DNA of 64,000 nucleotides from a virus (Duplodnaviria; Heunggongvirae; Uroviricota; Caudoviricetes): IMG/VR virus record IMGVR_UViG_2877251553_000001, positions 10,207 to 74,206 of that record; one strand, 5' to 3'. Shown piece by piece: positions 60,268 to 64,000 of this stretch (position 1 is its first letter; each line of letters starts with the position of its first letter). The notes under the pieces were generated by a model. It saw only the letters and a program-made list of their open reading frames with translations, ran no database searches and was not told where the DNA came from. The position numbers and the translations under genes were made by a program.

Positions 60268-60590
60268 CGACGTTAACTCAATGCCAGCAGCAGGTGCTGG
60301 ATATGCTGATTTCTTACCAGAAAGAACGTGGCTTCCCGCCAACCAATCAGGAGGTGGCAACCATGCTGGGATACCGTTCAGTGAATGCAGCGGTGGAGCA
60401 TCTTAGAGCACTGGAGAAAAAAGGCGTCATCACGATAAAGCGTGGTGTGGCCCGTGGTATCACTCTTCATACCGCGGTGAAGGACGACGACAGCGAGGCG
60501 GTCGGGATTATCCGCTCACTGCTTGCCGGTGAGGAAAACGCCAAGCTGCGTGCAGCCCACTGGTTACATGAGAGGGGCCTGAAAGTATGA
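60264..60590 (+). CDS. LexA-like DNA-binding domain protein
   Basis: 109 aa resembling the LexA N-terminal winged-helix domain; absent from prophage 1. Confidence 0.5.
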   Translation: MTTLTQCQQQVLDMLISYQKERGFPPTNQEVATMLGYRSVNAAVEHLRALEKKGVITIKRGVARGITLHTAVKDDDSEAVGIIRSLLAGEENAKLRAAHWLHERGLKV

Positions 60591-60976
60591 AGCTAATACT
60601 GCCTTTTCCGCCCAGCGTGAACACGTACTGGCGACACCCCAACAAAGGGGCGTTTGCTGGTAAGAGCCTGATAAGCGCAGCGGGGCGCAAATTCCAGAGC
60701 GCGGCGTGTGCAGCAATAGTTGAGCAGTTACGTCGTCTGCCAAAACCAACGTCGGCACCTGCTTCAGTGGAGATCGTGTTGTTTCCTCCGGATAACCGGA
60801 TCCGCGATCTGAACAACTATAACAAGGCGCTGTTTGACGCCCTGACCCACGCGGGTGTGTGGGAAGACGACAGTCAGGTGAAAAGAATGCTGGTGGAGTG
60901 GGGACCGGTTATCCCGGAAGGGAAGGTCGAGATCACTATCAGTAAGTACGAGAAACCGGCGGGTGCAGCAGCCTGA
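60587..60976 (+). CDS. rusA: Holliday junction resolvase RusA (prophage 2 copy)
   Basis: Near-identical to 462-851. Confidence 0.85.
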   Translation: MKLILPFPPSVNTYWRHPNKGAFAGKSLISAAGRKFQSAACAAIVEQLRRLPKPTSAPASVEIVLFPPDNRIRDLNNYNKALFDALTHAGVWEDDSQVKRMLVEWGPVIPEGKVEITISKYEKPAGAAA

Positions 60977-60995
60977 TTAAGAGGAGAAACGAAGT

Positions 60996-61793
60996 ATGAA
61001 TAATCTGATGGTTATTGATGGAATTGAAGTTCGTCGTGATGCTTATGGGCGTTACAGCCTGAACGATCTGCACAGGGCTGCTGGTTCTCTGGATAAGCAT
61101 AAGCCTGCATTCTGGCTCCGCAATGAGCAAACTGAACGTTTAATAAGCGAGTTGCAGATTTGCAACTCGGTCAATATAGAACCAGTTAACGTTATTCGTG
61201 GCGGAAATAACCAAGGGACGTATGTCTGCAAAGAACTGGTGTATGCCTATGCAATGTGGATCAGCCCGTCATTCCATCTGAAGGTGATCCGTACTTTCGA
61301 CATGGTAACCAGTGCACCGGAAAAATTATCCGGACAGACTGCTGACAAGATGCAGGCTGGTGTGATTCTGCTGGACTTTATGCGCCGGGAATTAAACCTG
61401 TCTAACTCTTCAGTGCTTGGAGCCTGTCAGAAACTCCAGGAGGCTGTTGGCTTACCGAATCTGGCACCGCGCTATGCCATTGATGCTCCTGCTGACGCGC
61501 CTGATGGCTCAAGCCGCCCCACGCTGTCACTGAGTGCACTGCTGAAGCAGTATGGTATCCGCCTTACGGCTAATCAGGCATATCACCAGATGGCGAAGCT
61601 GGGGATCGTCGAACAGCGCGAACGATACAGCCGTACAGCGATTAACAACATCAAAAAATTCTGGTCGCTGACAGCGAAAGGCTGCATGTTCGGCAAGAAT
61701 ATCACCAGTCCCGCAAATCCGCGTGAGACGCAGCCGCATTTCTTCGAATCCCGATTCCCTGAGCTGTTAAAGCTGCTCGATACCGTTCATTGA
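60996..61793 (+). CDS. KilA-N domain / antirepressor-like protein (prophage 2 copy)
   Basis: Near-identical to 871-1668. Confidence 0.6.
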   Translation: MNNLMVIDGIEVRRDAYGRYSLNDLHRAAGSLDKHKPAFWLRNEQTERLISELQICNSVNIEPVNVIRGGNNQGTYVCKELVYAYAMWISPSFHLKVIRTFDMVTSAPEKLSGQTADKMQAGVILLDFMRRELNLSNSSVLGACQKLQEAVGLPNLAPRYAIDAPADAPDGSSRPTLSLSALLKQYGIRLTANQAYHQMAKLGIVEQRERYSRTAINNIKKFWSLTAKGCMFGKNITSPANPRETQPHFFESRFPELLKLLDTVH

Positions 61794-61794
61794 G

Positions 61795-62787
61795 GTGACC
61801 GTGAGAGCACTACTGCCCCTGAAATTGCCCCGCGTATGGGGATCGTATTGTTCAGACCAAGTTCAGAGCTGATGCCCCTGTTTATGCAGGGGCGTGTCCT
61901 GCTGGAGCCTGAGCCGGAACGTTATTCATCTTTCGCCAGTGGTGCTGTTCCGGCGGCATCACAACCGCTGGCGGATGATCCTGACGTTCGGGCCGTGTTC
62001 CGCAATGAGGCAGTGATCCGTCGTGCTGGTGGCGTGGAATGTCTTGAAAGCTGGTTACTTCGTGAAAAAGGCTGCCAGTGGCCTCATTCCGACTGGCACA
62101 GCGAGAACATGACAACAATGCGACACGCGCCGGCGCAATCCGTCTGTGCTGGCACTGCGATAACCAGCTGCGCGATCAGTTCACGGAACGGCTGGAATCA
62201 ATGGCAACGGATAACTGTGCCCGCTGGGTGTTGTCTGTTGTGCGTCGGGATCTCGGTTTTGATGATAGTCACGTTGTGACAATGCCGGAACTGTGCTGGT
62301 GGCTGATTCGTAATGACCTGGCGGATGCCTTACCGGAAAGTGCAGCCCGTAAGGCACTGAGATTACCGAAGCCTGTTGTGCCGTCTGTCACCCGGGAAAG
62401 TGACCTTGTGCCTTCGGTTCCTGCCACCAGCATCATCCAGGATAAGGTGAAAAAGGTGCTGGCGCTGAAAGTGGATCCGGAGTCGCCGGAGTCTTTTATG
62501 TTACGCCCAAAACGTCGCCGCTGGGTTAATGAAAAGTACACACGCTGGGTTAAGACACAGCCGTGTGCATGTTGTGGAAAGCCTGCTGATGATCCCCTCC
62601 ACCTGATAGGCCACGGTCAGGGGGAATGGGTACAAAAGCGCATGACCTCTTTGTGTTGCCTTTGTGCAGAAAGCATCACGACGAGCTGCATGCGGATACC
62701 GTGGCATTTGAAGAGAAGTATGGTTCCCAGCTGGAGCTGATATTTCGTTTTATCGATCGTGCGCTGGCAATAGGCGTACTGGCGTAA
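61795..62787 (+). pseudogene. DUF968-family gene (prophage 2 copy), at least two frame disruptions
   Basis: Aligns to intact copy 1670-2665; breaks near 62130 and 62600. Confidence 0.6.
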
Positions 62788-62800
62788 GTGGAGAACGAGC

Positions 62801-63553
62801 ATGAACCTTGAAGCCTTACCGAAATATTACTCCCCGAAATCTCCAAAACTGAGCGATGACGCACCGGCGACAGGCTCTGGTGGTTTAACGATTACGGATG
62901 TGATGGCTGCGCAGGGGATGGTGCAGTCGAAAGCACCGCTTGGGTTTGCCTTATTCCTGGCAAAAGTTGGTGTTCAGGATCCTCAGTTTGCGATTGAAGG
63001 TCTGCTCAATTACGCGATGGCACTGGATAACCCGACATTGAATAAATTGAGTGAAGAAACCCGGCTACAGATCATTCCTTACCTTGTGAATTTTGCCTTT
63101 GCTGATTATTCTAGGTCTGCGGCAAGTAAGGCTCGCTGTGAGCATTGTGCTGGTACTGGATTTCATAATGTATTGCGCGAGGTGGTGAAACACTCCAGAA
63201 GCGGGGAATCTGTTATCAAGGAAGAGTGGGTGAAGGAACTATGTCAGCATTGTCATGGTAAGGGAGAAGTCAGCACAGCGTGCAGAGGGTGTAAGGGTAA
63301 AGGTATTGTCCTGGATGAAAAAAGGACCCGGCTTCATGGCACGCCTGTTTATAAGATTTGTGGGCGTTGCAATGGAAACCGGTTTAGCCGTTTACCAACT
63401 ACACTGGCACGACGTCATGTCCAGAAGCTGGTTCCAGACCTGACTGATTATCAGTGGTACAAAGGATATGCAGACGTAATTGATAAACTAGTAACAAAGT
63501 GCTGGCAGGAAGAAGCATATGCTGAAACACAATTGAGAAAGGTGACGAGATAA
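62801..63553 (+). CDS. Late-gene antitermination protein Q (long, zinc-finger type)
   Basis: 250 aa with CxxC clusters; position before tR' and lysis region. Confidence 0.65.
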   Translation: MNLEALPKYYSPKSPKLSDDAPATGSGGLTITDVMAAQGMVQSKAPLGFALFLAKVGVQDPQFAIEGLLNYAMALDNPTLNKLSEETRLQIIPYLVNFAFADYSRSAASKARCEHCAGTGFHNVLREVVKHSRSGESVIKEEWVKELCQHCHGKGEVSTACRGCKGKGIVLDEKRTRLHGTPVYKICGRCNGNRFSRLPTTLARRHVQKLVPDLTDYQWYKGYADVIDKLVTKCWQEEAYAETQLRKVTR

Positions 63554-63584
63554 GTGATTTTCGCCGAAGATGGCGACATGAAGC

Positions 63585-63613
63585 TTGCATTTTTCAAAAA
63601 ACATGGATAAGAT
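63585..63613 (+). promoter_or_regulatory. Candidate late promoter pR' of prophage 2
   Basis: TTGCAT, 17-bp spacer, TAAGAT, between Q stop and tR'-like hairpin. Confidence 0.4.
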
Positions 63614-63659
63614 TTTCTCAACGATGGGCTTTGTATGTCTGCCGTTGATAATTTTCACG

Positions 63660-63686
63660 AACCCGCTGTTGAGCGGGTTTTTATTT
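63660..63686 (+). terminator. Rho-independent terminator, tR'-like
   Basis: ACCCGCTGTTGAGCGGGT hairpin plus T run; homologous to 4493-4515. Confidence 0.55.
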
Positions 63687-63691
63687 ACTTG

Positions 63692-64000
63692 GGTAATGAC
63701 TCCAACTTACTGATAGTGTTTTATGTTCAGATAATGCCCGATGACCTTGTCATGCAGCTCCACCGATTTTGAGAACGACAGTGACTTCCGTCCCAGCCTT
63801 GCCAGATGTTGTCTCAGATTCAGATTATGTCGCTCAATGCGCTGAGTGTAACGCTTGCTGATAACGTGCAGCTTTCCCTTCAGGCGTGATTCATACAGCG
63901 GCCAGCCATCCGTCATCCATACCACGACCTCAAAGGCCGACAGCAGGCTCAGAAGACGCTCCAGTGTGGCCAGAGTGCGTTCACCGAAGACGTGCGCCAC
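63692..64000 (-). mobile_element. IS1, partial at window edge
   Basis: IS1 terminal repeat GGTAATGACTCCAACTTACTGATAGTG at 63692. Confidence 0.85.
63707..64000 (-). CDS. insB: IS1 transposase InsB, 3' portion (partial at window edge)
   Basis: 97-aa ORF matching the InsB C-terminal region. Confidence 0.8.
   Translation of the reverse strand: MAHVFGERTLATLERLLSLLSAFEVVVWMTDGWPLYESRLKGKLHVISKRYTQRIERHNLNLRQHLARLGRKSLSFSKSVELHDKVIGHYLNIKHYQ

Overview
The window is a mosaic of mobile DNA from an E. coli/Shigella-type genome: a lambda-like prophage late region, a degraded island cluster saturated with IS elements, and the start of a second lambdoid prophage. Positions 1-36.8 kb carry prophage 1 in lambda gene order: nin-region genes (phage Dam-like methyltransferase, RusA, KilA-N protein, DUF968 protein, Q), an orphan DPPY methyltransferase, a phage-21-type lysis cassette (pinholin, SAR endolysin, Rz/Rz1), terminase, portal, a ClpP-protease/capsid fusion, and tail genes Z-U-V-G-T-H-M-L-K-I-J with lom, stf and tfa. 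Its b-region holds a GIY-YIG nuclease-domain gene and a complete EcoRII-like restriction-modification pair. Positions 36.8-53.5 kb hold a tmRNA 3'-end fragment, a tRNA-Thr 3'-end fragment, a P4-like integrase with an AlpA regulator, and IS110-family, IS66-family, IS911 (two copies), IS629 and IS3-family elements plus a truncated second integrase. Positions 53.5-64 kb hold early and nin-region genes of prophage 2; its last ~2.9 kb is a near-identical direct repeat of window positions 1-2665, and it ends with Q, a tR'-like terminator and an IS1 at the window edge. The most interesting candidate is an AT-rich two-gene operon (3059-4387, minus strand) with its own near-consensus promoter, inserted antisense between Q and the late terminator: a 273-aa soluble protein followed by a 160-aa four-helix membrane protein, the same architecture as the lambda RexA/RexB abortive-infection pair, but I cannot assign either protein to a known family. 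Many phage and IS genes are broken by single-base losses inside homopolymer runs, which looks like a sequencing artifact more than real decay. All protein identifications are from recalled family sequences and motifs; no database search was run.
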